Notes: generated by a model from the letters alone, not told the origin. DNA of 64,000 bases from Eledone cirrhosa (GCA_964016885.1 OZ024741.1:96658001-96722000); one strand, 5' to 3'; shown: positions 1 to 13,302, numbered from the stretch's first letter. Numbers and translations are program-made.

Positions 1-70
1 ACGTATACATACCTATATTTAAGTATCAGCCGTACTCAGAGTGAGAAATGAAATTTCATTGTTTCCATTT
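1..70 (+). mobile_element. 3' terminal fragment of HHR-bearing non-autonomous family A
   Basis: Reverse complement of the terminus aaatggaatagaatgaaacgaaatttcatttctcactcttagtacgg seen at 3292 and 23258; abuts (TA)n. Confidence 0.75.
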
Positions 71-96
71 ATATATATATGTATATATATATATCA

Positions 97-264
97 GATA
101 GTGTATGGTAGAAACCAGCTAGACCATAACCCACCAGAGTATTCCATACTCGGAGTAGTAGAGTGGGTAATAGGAAAAGATTCAGGATCCGAACGAAAGC
201 CTTTAGTTCGGATCTAGCAGTCGAAACAACCGCAGCTCAGTTGTCGGGTTTCCTGAATCATTTC
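97..264. mobile_element. Family B fold-back mini-element (diverged copy) between (TA)n tracts
   Basis: Shares ccataacncaccagagta...gtagtagagtgggtaataggaaa with 4367, 15053, 19183, 44154; contains GAAA-CAAC-loop-GTTG-TC-GGG half-hammerhead. Confidence 0.75.
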
Positions 265-306
265 ATATATATATAATGTATATATATATATATGTTTATA
301 TATATA

Positions 307-369
<63 letters not shown>

Positions 370-453
370 ATAATAATAAATTTGAAGACTAAAATCCAAA
401 GAGGGCTCGATAAGGATAAATATATATCAAATATATAAGAACCGTAGAGCAAA

Positions 454-707
454 TATTGATTAAAATAACAGATTAAAGTTTAAGCAAAGAATCGCTGCTT
501 TCACCCGTAACAGGATCTTCTGAAATTAACAAAGTCAATCTGTGAACGCGGAAGTGAATATTTCAAAAAACGTTGCAACCGGTTGCAACGTTTTTTGAAA
601 TATTCACTTCCGCGTTCACAGATTGACTTTGTTAGTTTCAGAAGATCCTGTTAAGGGTGAAAGCAGCGATTCTTTGCTTAAACTTTAATCTGTTATTTTA
701 ATAAATA
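454..707. mobile_element. Family C near-perfect palindrome (~127-bp arms, no spacer, centre 580/581)
   Basis: Arms are reverse complements around gcaacc|ggttgc; right arm recurs at 41036-41160; followed by (TA)n. Confidence 0.9.
634..684 (+). ncRNA. Type-I hammerhead ribozyme candidate, U4A core variant (mirror copy 477-527 on -)
   Basis: AGTTT-CAGAAGA-TCCTgttaAGGGT-GAAA-GCA gcgattctt TGC-TT-AAACT: stems I, II and III all pair. Confidence 0.65.
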
Positions 708-708
708 A

Positions 709-772
<64 letters not shown>

Positions 773-1521
773 ATACATTTATCTATCTATATCTATATAT
801 ATATGAAGTGATAATTTAAACAAGATATTAGGTAACTGTAAATTTTATATCGATTTGTTTTTCTCATGAAAATCTCTCACTGTATATATTACCTATAATA
901 TAATGATTTCTTTAATTTCTTTATATTATCTATAAAATAATGGAATCATTTACAATTAGAGTCGCACATACCCATATACGTCTATCTGACGCAAATAATA
1001 CGCATATACCTACGTGATTTACATCACTCACACCACCCACACACAAGAATACAACTTTAGAGCGCCTTATGTAAGCGGTATTTAAGCGAATACTTGATTA
1101 AAGACTGCTCCCTAAGGGACGTATTTTAAAGTGGTGATAACCGCATCGGATAATGGCCACAGGCAAGAGGCATTTGGCATCAAACTTAAACATTTGTCGT
1201 CCGAAACCCTAACAAATGATTTGACTTACATACGCATTTAATTTCTGAAATCTACCAGACTGCAGGCATATTGTTAAGGAGGCGGAAATTATGCTCTCTT
1301 AGGGTCGGCATAGAGCTTCAGAACATCTTCGATAATTTGGATTCATAGGATGGTTTTGTGTGTAGTGTGTGAATGGTAATAATTGTCATTGATGTGGTGG
1401 CGCTGGTGGTTTTAGTGGTAGTGCTCGTGACTATAGTGTGCTTGTAGTTGAAGTATTGGTTTTTAGAGGTATGACCGTTGTGTTGGCTTTGGTCATCATA
1501 TTATTATTACTATTACTATTA

Positions 1522-2247
1522 GGGCGGTGAATTGGCAGTATCGGTAGAGAGTCAGACACCATGCTTTGTAGCATAGAGTTACGGCCCTTTGCGGTCTGAG
1601 TTCAAATCCTTCCGATGTTAATTTTGCCTTTCATCCTTAACAGGGTTGATAAAATAAAGTACTAGTCACGATTTGGGGTCGATTTAATCGATTTTCCCCT
1701 CCCCCAAAATCTCTGGCCTTGTGCCTATATAAGAAACCATTATTAGAGCATAGTGTTACGGCCCTTGCTATTCTGAGTTCAAATCCCGCCGAGGTTAACT
1801 TTGCCTTTCATCCTTACGGGGTCGATAAAATAAAGTACCAGTAATGTTCTGAGTATTTGCTGGCCTTGTGCCTAAAGTAGAAACAATTATTAGAGCACAG
1901 TGTCATGGTCCTTTAATTTCTGGGGGTCGATAAAATAAAGCACCACTAATACACAGGGGTCGATTTAATCGACTTTCCCTTCCTCTAAAATTGCCTTGTG
2001 CCTATAGCAAAAGTCATTACCATTATGATCATTACTATTATTATTATTAGTAGTAGGTGGATTGGCAATATCGGTAGAGGGTCGGACGCCATGCTTTCCG
2101 GCATCGTTACGTTCCTTTACAATCTGAGTTCAAATCCCGCCGAGGTTGACTTTGCCATTCATCCTTACGGGGTCGATAAAATAAAGTACCAGTAATGCAC
2201 TGGGTAATTGCTGGCTTTGTGCCTAAAGTAGAAACAATTATTATTAG
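1522..2247 (+). mobile_element. Cluster of four head-to-tail tRNA-derived SINE copies (1522-1744, 1745-1891, 1892-~2020, 2056-2247)
   Basis: A-box-like ggattggcagtatcggtagag, B-box-like gagttcaaatcc, conserved body gcctttcatccttacggggtcgataaaataaagtacc, (ATT)n tail. Confidence 0.88.
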
Positions 2248-3127
2248 TAGAAATTGTTGTTGTTTATCCCCAGGCCTGTACAGGAATGAAATATACACCA
2301 AAGCGTTCGAGCCGTAACCATCGCATCTTTTTTTGCATATTACAGACTACATTTTCCAATGCGTCAATTATGTTATCAATCAGAATTAGAATATATTTGA
2401 CGGAAATTTGTTTGATATCTCGAGTACGTAGAATGACCACAAGAAGGTTTCTTATTTCCTCGTTGTCGAATTAAAATTGATGCTGTTGTGATGCTGGTGG
2501 TTGTTTATGGAGGTGATGTTAGTGGCATAACAGCTGTTTGCGGTAGTTGGTGTTGAATGTAGTTAAATTACTGTTGTTATTAACGTTGTTGTTTGTGGGG
2601 GGTGCAGTGGTGGTGTTTGTGTTATTGGTGGTGGAGACGGTAATGTTGCTTGTTTTTGTGGTGCTATTGAGGTGTTAGTTAAGGACAAACTTGATTGATG
2701 AGACTTATGAACAAAGACATTCCAGTTTTTATCACCCTGTCGTGTTTTAGGCAATGGGACTAAGCTCCATTTTATAAATCCGCAGGGTATGTTTTAAGAG
2801 AAGTCTGCCTGATATTTTGAGATGTCAAATTGTACGCCACTTGTAGGCTTGTGTTGTTATTCATTTTTCTCTGTTGTTTGTCTTAAAGCATAATTTAAGT
2901 AATTTTTTCAAGAATTGAAAGTTATCCATTTGAACGAAAGTGAATTAGATATTTTTTTGTAAACAAATAGATTTCGTTTAAACTTGAAATTTTTAAATAT
3001 ATTTTAATTATATTTGTAATCATACTGTCATTCCCAATACATCGAAACTGAAACAGAATGCGTAAACATTAATGTTTACTCGTATCAATACATATAAACT
3101 ATGTTTATACACTTCAAATACACGACA

Positions 3128-3157
3128 ACACACATACACACACACACACACACGCGC

Positions 3158-3248
<91 letters not shown>

Positions 3249-3291
3249 CATATACATATATACATATATATTTATATATATATATATATAT
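3128..3291. repeat. (CA)n/(TA)n compound microsatellite
   Basis: Direct reading. Confidence 0.95.
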
Positions 3292-3765
3292 AAATGGAAA
3301 AGAATGAAACGAAATTTCATTTCTCACTTTTAGTACGATAGTTACTTAAAAGTAAGTATGTATGTATACGTACATGCATATATGTATAAATACGTACAGT
3401 AGTATGTATATATATACATACATGCACACATATATATATGTACGTATCGGCTCACCGAACATCTACCACAACGCTCGGTTTGTTTGTAAACATACAAACA
3501 GCCCGAATTATGCTGTACAGTGTTTAGGCAACCACGTCACCTTTTTATCCAACACTGACACAGGAACGATGTACTAGTTTCAAGCTTATTAGCTATCGTC
3601 AGCATCGCACACCCTCCTGCCAGATGGTTGAACGTTTGTTTACAAACAAACCGAGCGTTGTGGTAGATGATCGGTGAGACGATACGTACATATATATATA
3701 TATATGTGTGCATGTATGTATATATATACATACTACTGTACGTCTGTATACATATATGCATGTTT
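3292..3765 (-). mobile_element. Family A non-autonomous HHR element with partial inverted 5' arm
   Basis: Homologous to 23258-23720; 3372-3495 is inverted at 3633-3762; TA-flanked. Confidence 0.85.
3567..3607 (-). ncRNA. Minimal type-I hammerhead ribozyme
   Basis: Minus strand: CGATG-CTGACGA-T AGCT aata AGCT T-GAAA-CTAG-TA-CATCG; palindromic ACTAGT stem III, GUA cleavage triplet. Confidence 0.85.
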
Positions 3766-4366
3766 ATATATATTATATACCGCAGTTGTAAATAACCTAA
3801 ACCTAATTATTTGCTTATAGGTGCAGGAAAAAAAATTTCATTCACGTTTTTTTGTTAATTTAATTAAATACAACATTTGCAGATTGTGTATCTCTGATGT
3901 GCAGTACAAACATCTAAAGATATTTATTTTTCATTTTTTAATGCAGTAATAAAAAAATTGAGAGCTATTTTAAATAAACATCCGCTAAAACTAATGTGCG
4001 CATATTTTATCATTCATCTGTTTTGCATTGGATGGATAAAATGTGAAGCTGACGCTGATGATGTTTGAAATCAGAAGTTAGAGAAGTAAGAAATTACTTT
4101 CCTTTACAGTTCACGGAAATACATTGGTCAGTTGTTTTTTCGTTCATGTTATAATTAGTAAATAATTGTCGTCGTTAGAAGTTTTCTATGGCCCAACCAC
4201 TAGTTTATGATATTTCTCATCGAGGTTGTGACCTAGGATTGTCTAATTCGACAGGGGAAATGCCCCACAAAGTAGTTTTATAATTCAATATTTATTGGAG
4301 ACAGATATCAACATACCTTGACGCTGACGGGAGATTCCATAATATATATATATATATATATATATA

Positions 4367-4652
4367 GGAGGTGTGGTAAGGAACCAGGTGGTCCATAAGG
4401 CACCAGAGTACTCAATACTTCGGGTAGTAGAGTGGGTAATAGGAAAATGTTCAAGATCCCGACGGCAGAGCACAAGCCGTTTCCTCGGCTATTTCTAGAC
4501 GTCTATTTCTGAGTCCAGAAATAGCCGTTGAAACGGCTTGAACTCTGCCGTCGGGGTCTTGAACATTTTCCTATTACCCACTCTACTACTCAAAGTATTG
4601 AGTACTCAGGTGCGTTATGGTCCACCTGGTTCCTTACCACACTGCCTTCGTT
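4367..4652. mobile_element. Family B palindromic mini-element
   Basis: ~130-bp inverted arms; centre has ctatttctg-agtc-cagaaatag hairpin followed by GAAA-CGGC-loop-GCCG-TC; TA flanks. Confidence 0.9.
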
Positions 4653-4704
4653 ATAATATATATATTTTTATATATATAGACATAAGAAAGAGGGTGTTGT
4701 AAGC

Positions 4705-4831
4705 TACCGGGTGGACAATAACGCACCAGAGTACTCAATACTTAGGGTAGAAGTGTGGGTAGTAGGAAAAGATTCAGGACCCCGACGGCTGAGCTCCGGC
4801 GTTTGGGCTGCGTTCGGGGTCCTGAATATTT

Positions 4832-4833
<2 letters not shown>
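4705..4833. mobile_element. Family B diverged/shortened copy
   Basis: gtggacaataacgcaccagagtactcaatac...ttcaggacccc/ggggtcctgaa inverted pair; ends in (TA)n. Confidence 0.75.
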
Positions 4834-4878
<45 letters not shown>

Positions 4879-6374
4879 AATGTTAACAAAGAGAGAAGAA
4901 GACCACGGACGAAAAAGCTTAAAAATTTATTTTTGAAATGTAAACGAAGGACACAGAGCATCAGCGTATTGGCCGTTGAGGTGGACGTTTGTAGGTTCGA
5001 CCCCAACCAATGGTACTGCTGGTCCATCCGGGGTCATAGGGCCTCACACAAACCAAATGCTGTCCAGTGGAGTAAGAGATGGAAGGAAAAGCATTGATTT
5101 ATAGAATTAAGCTACAACAATTACACATAGAATTTTATGTGATGTCAAGGAAAAGGTGTGGTACCTCTTATAGCACGAGAGTTATGAATAAAAAATGAAT
5201 AAAGGAAAAAGAAAGGAAGAAAAAGCAGCAAGAAGGAGAACGTAAGATATCGTGTTAAAAAATGTGTAAGCCATTGCAATAAGAGGTGGGGGATAACACG
5301 TTGGTCACATTAGTATTGATAAACTGAAGAAAATTAACAAAGAGAGGACAAGACAACGATCGAAAAACAAACGTTTAAGGGGAAACCTTAAATATTATTT
5401 TAAAAAAAAAAGAAAAAAAGAATGAGACAGAACTCCAGGGTCATCGGAATTAGAAATGCAAACGAAGGACACAGAGCACCAGCGTAATCGGCCGTTGCGG
5501 TGAACTTTGGCAGATTCGACGCCTAACAACCAGGGCCGAGGCTACAGCGTCTGAAAAATGATTAATTAGAGATTAATCATTTTTTAATGTCGAGTAAGTT
5601 TTCCATTAATTTGGAGTTTCACCTGTATGTTCAAACTCTCATTAGACAAGAGTAACAAAACTGTTAAAAGGAGAGAACAGGGACATAGAAAAGAGAGTAA
5701 GACAAAAAGGGAAGTGGAATAAGTTCATTAAAAAAGGACACCACCTCTTTTAGCCAACGTGCGAAAGACTGTTGTCCACTGACAAACCATAATACATAAT
5801 GCATGCATACATACATACATGCATGTGATCAAAGGATGAAAGAATGCATAAGGGATGAGGAAGAAGAAGAGGTTGAAGGGACAGCAGAAAACTGAGAGAT
5901 GGCAGAGAACGGGAAAAAAAGAGGACAGAAAATGTGGCGAAGAAGGTGTACATAATGCAAGTTGTTTACTCTGTTGTATTTATATGAAAGTTTACTGCAA
6001 CATAAAAAAAATTAGTCAAAATTTAATAAAACACTTAATTCCTATAACAACATCCTCCTCAAATACAGAGAATATGAAAACCTTTTACGAAGGTTCAGTT
6101 TCTGAAAACGAATATTTAATTACAGTTTCTTCTTTCCCGTGATAACAGTTTAAACTGTTATATTCTTTATTCTCGTTATTTTAAAATAATGATTTCAATT
6201 CAATTTCGTCTCATGTTTTTAATGAAAGTGAGTGTTGTAATTTCTAAAGAACTCGACTAATAGCTGTTTTTACTTTTGGTAGAATGACAGCAATTTGAAG
6301 GAAAGGGGTAAGTCGTTTAAATCGATCCCAGTGTGATATGGGGGTTGATATAAGCTTCTGATGAAAGCTTCTAC

Positions 6375-7232
6375 TTCTCCTTCGTCTTCTTCTTCGCCCA
6401 CTTATTCCTGAGCGGATCATGGGAGCAGAGTCTTCAAACAGTCCTTCCAGAGCGTCCTGTCAGAAACAACCGTCTCCAACTGATCCAGCTGGATCTCAAC
6501 CGAGACAAGCCAAGCTCATGGATGTTATCCAACCAGCTTGCTCGGGATCTACCTCTGGGCTTCCTGTCGGTTGGTTTTGCCCGTAAAATTATATTTTTTC
6601 CTGAGAAATTCTAACCACACGTCCATAGTATTGGAGCTGTGATATCTTAATCTGAAGTGACTCTCTGAAGTGACTCTCTGATCTCCGAACCATGCACTAT
6701 TTCGAGTAACGTTACTACAAAGACCCTTCGGAAAAACGCTCTTTCGGTTGCTTGTATTCGCAATAAAATTATTTAGGTCATTCCCCAAGATTCGTGACCA
6801 TAGGTAAGGGTAGACACGAATACCGAATTGAAGATTGCAAGTTTGGCTTTTTCTGATTATGGAATGCTGAAACTGGTGTATTACAGCAGCAACTCCAGCC
6901 ATTTTTGCACTTAATTCATTCTCCTGTTTACCATCACTCGTGAACATGGTCCTGAAAGACTTGAACGTCTCTACCTGCTTCAGTCGAACTCCATTCATAT
7001 GATGCGTGCACTACCCTGGCTAGTTTGAGAGGACGAGTGTCTCAGTGTTAGCAGCACTGATTTTCATTCCAGCCATGCAGCCCTAGGCATCAAACCTATC
7101 AAGTACAAGTAGCAGATCACCTTCTGTCGAGTTATGTAACACCATGTCGTCTGCAAATTCCAGGCGACTAATTTTACCCCCCCCCCCCCAGTCATGATAC
7201 CACTTTCAACCCGGCTGTGCATGTCAATCCTG
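6375..7232 (-). mobile_element. RTE-clade LINE 3' remnant (RT C-terminus, degenerate GAA tail)
   Basis: Minus strand SRLEFADDMV near 7140-7169; ORF 6549-6998 LKQVETFK..FTSDGKQENEL; homologous to 17150-17390 and 57536-58227. Confidence 0.8.
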
Positions 7233-7275
7233 ATTATGTAAATAATGAAGAGGAGACGTGATAGTATGATACGTA

Positions 7276-7350
<75 letters not shown>

Positions 7351-7399
7351 AATATATAAATACTTATATATAAATACATATATATATATAATTACACAC

Positions 7400-7436
<37 letters not shown>

Positions 7437-8286
7437 TATATATATACCACACGTATATGCATATATATTTGTATATATAATATATATATTTCTGAAGGCC
7501 AACTGAAAATTATGATTGGCAGCAAACAAAAATTCTAATGTCTACAGATGTTTTCTTGCTTCCGCATTACATCACATTTTAAAAAATAATACTATTCACT
7601 TGTCTATCATCTATGTAATTATTTTTCTCGCTCTTAAATCTCTTCTGTTATACATAGTTTCTACACTTTGAACATCTTTTGTTTTCTTTTTCAGTCGTAT
7701 CTACTTGAATCTTTACGTTGCCCCACCACTCTAGAATTTTAGTACACTATCATGGTAAGATGTCGAGAAGATGTCGACTAGTGGGTTCCGTCTACTTAAA
7801 ATATCTCACATATGCTGAAATTTTTTCTACTTTCTTTCAATTTCATTCAAAATGGCATTTTGCTATGAATGATGACAACTAAGTGTAGATTAGATAGAGG
7901 TTCTGATCCCAAAGATGGTTTCGAGAGAAATGGATAATGTATTTATTCATTTACACACACATGAGGGATGCAAGATATGAACGATGCATGCTGTTTATGT
8001 CTTTGAATTACATGGATCTATTTATATTTTCTATAAAGGTCTTTATGGGTTTTGTTTGGGCCAGCCGTGGACAGAAAAATTATCGAGACGATTTATGTTC
8101 ACTTATCAAGGTTTTCCTTTCCGAGCAACACACTCTCTCTGCACATTCAAATCCACACACACATGCATTTATTCATACATACATACATAAATACATACAT
8201 GAATACATACATACACACACACATACACACACACTCACATTATATATATATATATATATGTGTCTATATATATATATATGTATGTA

Positions 8287-8337
<51 letters not shown>

Positions 8338-8338
8338 T

Positions 8339-8500
<162 letters not shown>

Positions 8501-8806
8501 ATGGCGTGCTGCGTGATTGCACATGGGTTACATATGAATAAAATTAGTCCTTCATCAGTGATCTTCCAGCCTTCATTGGTATTTCATCGCTTTAAATATC
8601 ATATACCTCTGATTGGTGCGAGCAATAACTAAAGAAAATTATTGGGACACGTAAAATAGGGTGAAGCGAGCGAGACATGTAAACAAACAAAGATGGTAAT
8701 GCAACGGAAAGATAGGAAGAGGAGAAACAAGTCCGTGATATCTGTGAACTTAAGTTCGGTGAAATCATAGACGAGGAGAGATACAGACCATATATATATA
8801 TATATA

Positions 8807-9033
8807 TTGTTATGCTTTGGGAGGGTCATGTTGCCAATATGAAACACACGCACCAGTTGCTTTCACTTCAATTTATTATAAATTAAATTTATAAATTTAG
8901 GAATTTATAAATTTCCGGTTCATACTGCTGCGTGTGTTTCTTATTGGCAACATGACCCTCCCAAAGCATAACCATATCGGTTTCAACACACGTTTTTAGA
9001 TAAAGAATCTTGCTAAACAAATTCAGAAACGAA

Positions 9034-9034
<1 letters not shown>
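8807..9034. mobile_element. Miniature inverted derivative of the 35-40 kb Penelope-like family
   Basis: 8807-8920 matches 35172-35285; 8928-9034 matches 39747-39854; both sides (TA)n. Confidence 0.9.
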
Positions 9035-9087
<53 letters not shown>

Positions 9088-10685
9088 ATATGTATGTGTG
9101 TGAGACTTTATTTATTTATCTCATTAATTAATATCTGTCTAATTCATCATGAGACATTTCAAAAATGAGATTATGCTCAGATCTTAGTTAAAAAGTTATC
9201 ATTACATGATATCAGTTGTGGCTCGTATTTTGTATGGCCGAAATTTTATTTTGCCATTTCTGAAAGAAGGATACAGGAAATAAAAAAATATTGAACGGTA
9301 CACTCTCTTAAAATTATTATATTCTGTGTTGATTCAAGAGCCCCATATGAATTCATGGTTAGAAAAAGTACCGAAAAATGTTGTATTTTGTCAATGTATA
9401 CCTAAATAAATATTTATCCGAAGAAATATTTTGCATGGTTTTTCAAATGATAGTATCTATACACGTTTGGTGTTGTAGACGTGAATATTCCTGATATACA
9501 CAGCAAAGTTATAGAATGCACTCACACACAGACTTACACACGCATACACACAAACACATACATACAACCCTAAGTTTTCCAATTTTTCAATGACAATTAA
9601 CAGTTTGTTCAATGAAATAGATTCCACTAAAATATTTAAATTAATTGCACGTAATTTATGATTACTTGCTTTGTGCTTCTTGCTTTACATGCTTACCAGA
9701 ATATTTTTCTCATTTACACAGCTACAGTTTCATTTACGATATTTTCGTCCTACTCAGGTGAAACAATTTCTTTCTTTTATTTCACACTAATCGAACACAT
9801 ACTCACATACACTCACACAGCCTTTCATTCATACACAAACAAATACATATACAACCATGCATATACACACTTGTTACTACATGATATGATATCAGGTAAA
9901 GTAGAAAGAACAGAACGTAGAACATGAAACCTTTCAACGTGGAACAATTAGTCTAAGATAAAAAGTATGAACAGGATTAAAGTAAAATATTCTGATGACG
10001 CAAATTAAGCACTTGATAATTCCTAATCACTAAATTTTCATTTATTCCTTATTGCCGTTGTCTACTTGTATTGATTGCTTAATAGCGTCGCCGTACTGTC
10101 TTGAACACTTCCCATGTAATGATGACAATTTCTAAGATAACTACTATTCATTTACATGGCTTCTATTGATTTCCTTCAATGTGAAGATTATTCTGTCCTC
10201 TATTATATTCCTCCCTATTTGTGGAAGGTGTAGTTGTGATCTGTCTGTAGACACTGTTTCTTGGTGGAAACTGGGTAGGCATCAATAAATGGTTCAAATC
10301 TATGTACATATTCTTTCCACTTACGTCGGCAGAATGTCTTTCTATTTGAATACTATTTGAAGTCAACACATATCACATAATTACTTTGAATCTTTTAGAG
10401 ACGTATGCATTTAGCTAGCCTTAAATCGCAAGAAGTTCTTAAATGATAGTAGGGGATTTCCCTCCGCAAACTTTTGCATGAATAAGTGCGAGATATACCA
10501 GCACTAAGCGAATGAATTCATCCCATTATCTGAAAGACAAAGTTGACACGGTGGTGTTTGAATTCAGAACGAACATATAAGACAGGAACAATTATCACAA
10601 GGCAATCCATCTGTCCGACTGTATGGCAGTTCTGCTATGCTACCACTTCAAATCTATAATGTAGTCGATAGATTATCACTAAACT

Positions 10686-10784
10686 TTCTTCTTCTTCTTC
10701 TTCTTCTTCTTCTTCTTCTTCTTCTTCTTCTTCTTCTTCTTCTTCTTCTTCTTCTTCTTCTTCTTCTTCTTCTTCTTCTTCTTC
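10686..10784. repeat. (CTT)n microsatellite
   Basis: Direct reading. Confidence 0.97.
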
Positions 10785-11336
10785 AAGTTGGTTACATATC
10801 GAGTTCAATTCTCACCGAGGGTACATTCAGCTTTCATCTTTTTGCGGTCAGTAAAATGACGTATTAGTCAATTCCATGGTTCTGTATACTCAGTTCCCTT
10901 CTCTCCCAAATTGCTGGTTTTGTGTACTTCTCCTTTTTAAGAATCAAGGTGTGATATAAAATAATTTCAGCAGCTCTTTCTAGCATGTGGAACGACTATC
11001 TAGAAACTCTGGCGTTTGAATATGTCCTTGTCATGATAATGTACGGCTTCAGCTAAGATGAAATGAAAATGCCTGAAAACATCTTTTATTTCTTTGAGTG
11101 AGTTCTTTATTGATAATATATTTCTCTGTGATGTTAATGGATGGTCAAATGATGAAGATAGTGAATAATTTATTTCTTATTTTGATTTCATATAAGTAGG
11201 CGCATTCGTTTAATAAGATGTCCAGGTTTTTGTTCGGCTTCTATGATTTAACGTAAATTTAGGTGAAATAAGGACTGAAAAAATGTTTAATATCAGAATT
11301 TCATTACAGCCAAATTTCAGCTAGTTCAAAGTCATT

Positions 11337-11345
11337 CTCTCTCTT

Positions 11346-11440
<95 letters not shown>

Positions 11441-11447
11441 ATCTATC
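11337..11447. repeat. (CT)n/(CTAT)n microsatellite
   Basis: Direct reading. Confidence 0.97.
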
Positions 11448-12127
11448 CTTGTGGCTAATAAAGAAATATATCTTTCTATCTATCTCATTCTCTCACAGAC
11501 ACGTACACAAATATCATTCAACCAAGTGTAGTTAATTTGCTAATAGGTTGTGTGCTCTGTTCAAAACAAGGAGTCGCATGGTTAAATACATTTTAGCCGT
11601 GACAGTCATTTTCTACTAGAAAACCCATTATGTAATTTGTCATTTGTCATTTAATTCCATATGATGTAATTTGGCTGGTAATTCTAATCTGTAAAAGGAT
11701 CACACACAGGCTTTCACCTCTAGCTGGTTTGTTGTTTACCCCAGGTTAACTCAGTCTGAGTAGAAGTGTGATCAAAGCTTTTCCAGGCATGACAATGCCC
11801 ACTTTCTCACGAGCATTTATTATCTACGACAATATTATGTATGTCAGTGGGATATAATATGAGGGAGATTTAACTACTACATTTAGAGGAAAGAGACGCA
11901 ACGTGAAGGCTCTCTAGTTGGCTGGTTTACTGCTATTTAGAAAATTTAAAAGCTGATACAAGATACCAATGGAGGTCAGAATAGTTGCAGATAAATATAT
12001 CAATTATTTGATGGTGAGGTTAACAAAGAAGTATCTTTACGGTCGTCGGACATGCTAGAAATAACAGCCACATTTTCCTCAATCTAAACTATACCATCTT
12101 AAATAAGGAAACACTTATTGGAAATCT

Positions 12128-12168
<41 letters not shown>

Positions 12169-13156
12169 CGGAATGGTACAGATTAAACATCACTTTAACA
12201 TAGGTCTATTCAATCAGAGTTAACACGGGCTGAACAACAAGATACACATTGTTCTGAAGCCTTTCGATTTGTTAAATTGTCATAACATAAAAATCTCCAG
12301 CGTAGGCTTACTGGGAAGAAGCGTTTGTTATCGAAACCAGATTTAACAGCATCAGATATGTCAATGTAACCTGCATTTCTCAGTAGAGAATTGCACTGGT
12401 TGAGATAATTACACACTTACTACTAGTCACATGCACTTGCTAGGCAAGTCGTCGTAATTTGAAAAAATAGTGGGTGTGTGTGTTGGGGGGGGGGGGTGAG
12501 AAAACAACAACAAAATCAAGAATAAAACCACCAACAACAACAATAAGTGAAGCATTAGGAAGGAAACAAGATAAATTCGTTTCCGAGATCCTACTTCAAA
12601 GCAAAATAAAAATTGATGAGCATTATCATCAATTTGTCGATAATAGCGGAAGAAGGAAAAACGAGTAATGCACGTCTAAAATGCGATGAAATTGCAGAAG
12701 GATTAGATTTGCTAAAGTACCTTGAGATGTAGTAATTCTAAAAGATGTAAGAAGGGAATGTAGTACCACTTCTTATTGCATTCAGTCGAACTAACGCTGA
12801 AGGTAGTGATGGTAAATAAGGGAATAACGGTATAAGAGATTCTAATTTAATTGATCGTTACCACATGTTTTCCCTATATAAGTAAGACATCATTTAAGCA
12901 AGTTTATATTCACGAACATTAAACAGACTTACGAGAATATATGTTTATTTTCCTCACTCTCCTTTCAAATCTGGTCTTCTGTTTTCCGTTTTCGATCCAA
13001 TAAATATTTATCATTATTTAAAAAATTTAGATGGTTTATTTGCATCTTAACTTTCCATTTGTTATTTTTTTCTTTGTTTTGTTTATACATCAACACTCTG
13101 ATTTTTGTGAATTCACTTTTATAAAAAAAATACGCATGGGGCATTAGTTTTCCGGC

Positions 13157-13203
13157 TACTACTACTACTACTACTACTACTGTTGCTGCTGCTGCTGCTG
13201 CTG

Positions 13204-13302
<99 letters not shown>
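13157..13302. repeat. (CTA)n/(CTG)n microsatellite
   Basis: Direct reading. Confidence 0.97.

Noticed and set aside
379-445. Possible HHR (tgaagactaaaatcc.aagag.gctcgat; inverted copy 20071-20135)
   Set aside because: The repeat is real, but the core and stems are too degenerate to call a ribozyme
1522-1620. tRNA gene
   Set aside because: A/B-box head is attached to the SINE body in all copies and has no complete cloverleaf
10163-10369. 68-aa minus-strand ORF with ordinary composition
   Set aside because: No recognisable motif or convincing splice acceptor; length expected by chance
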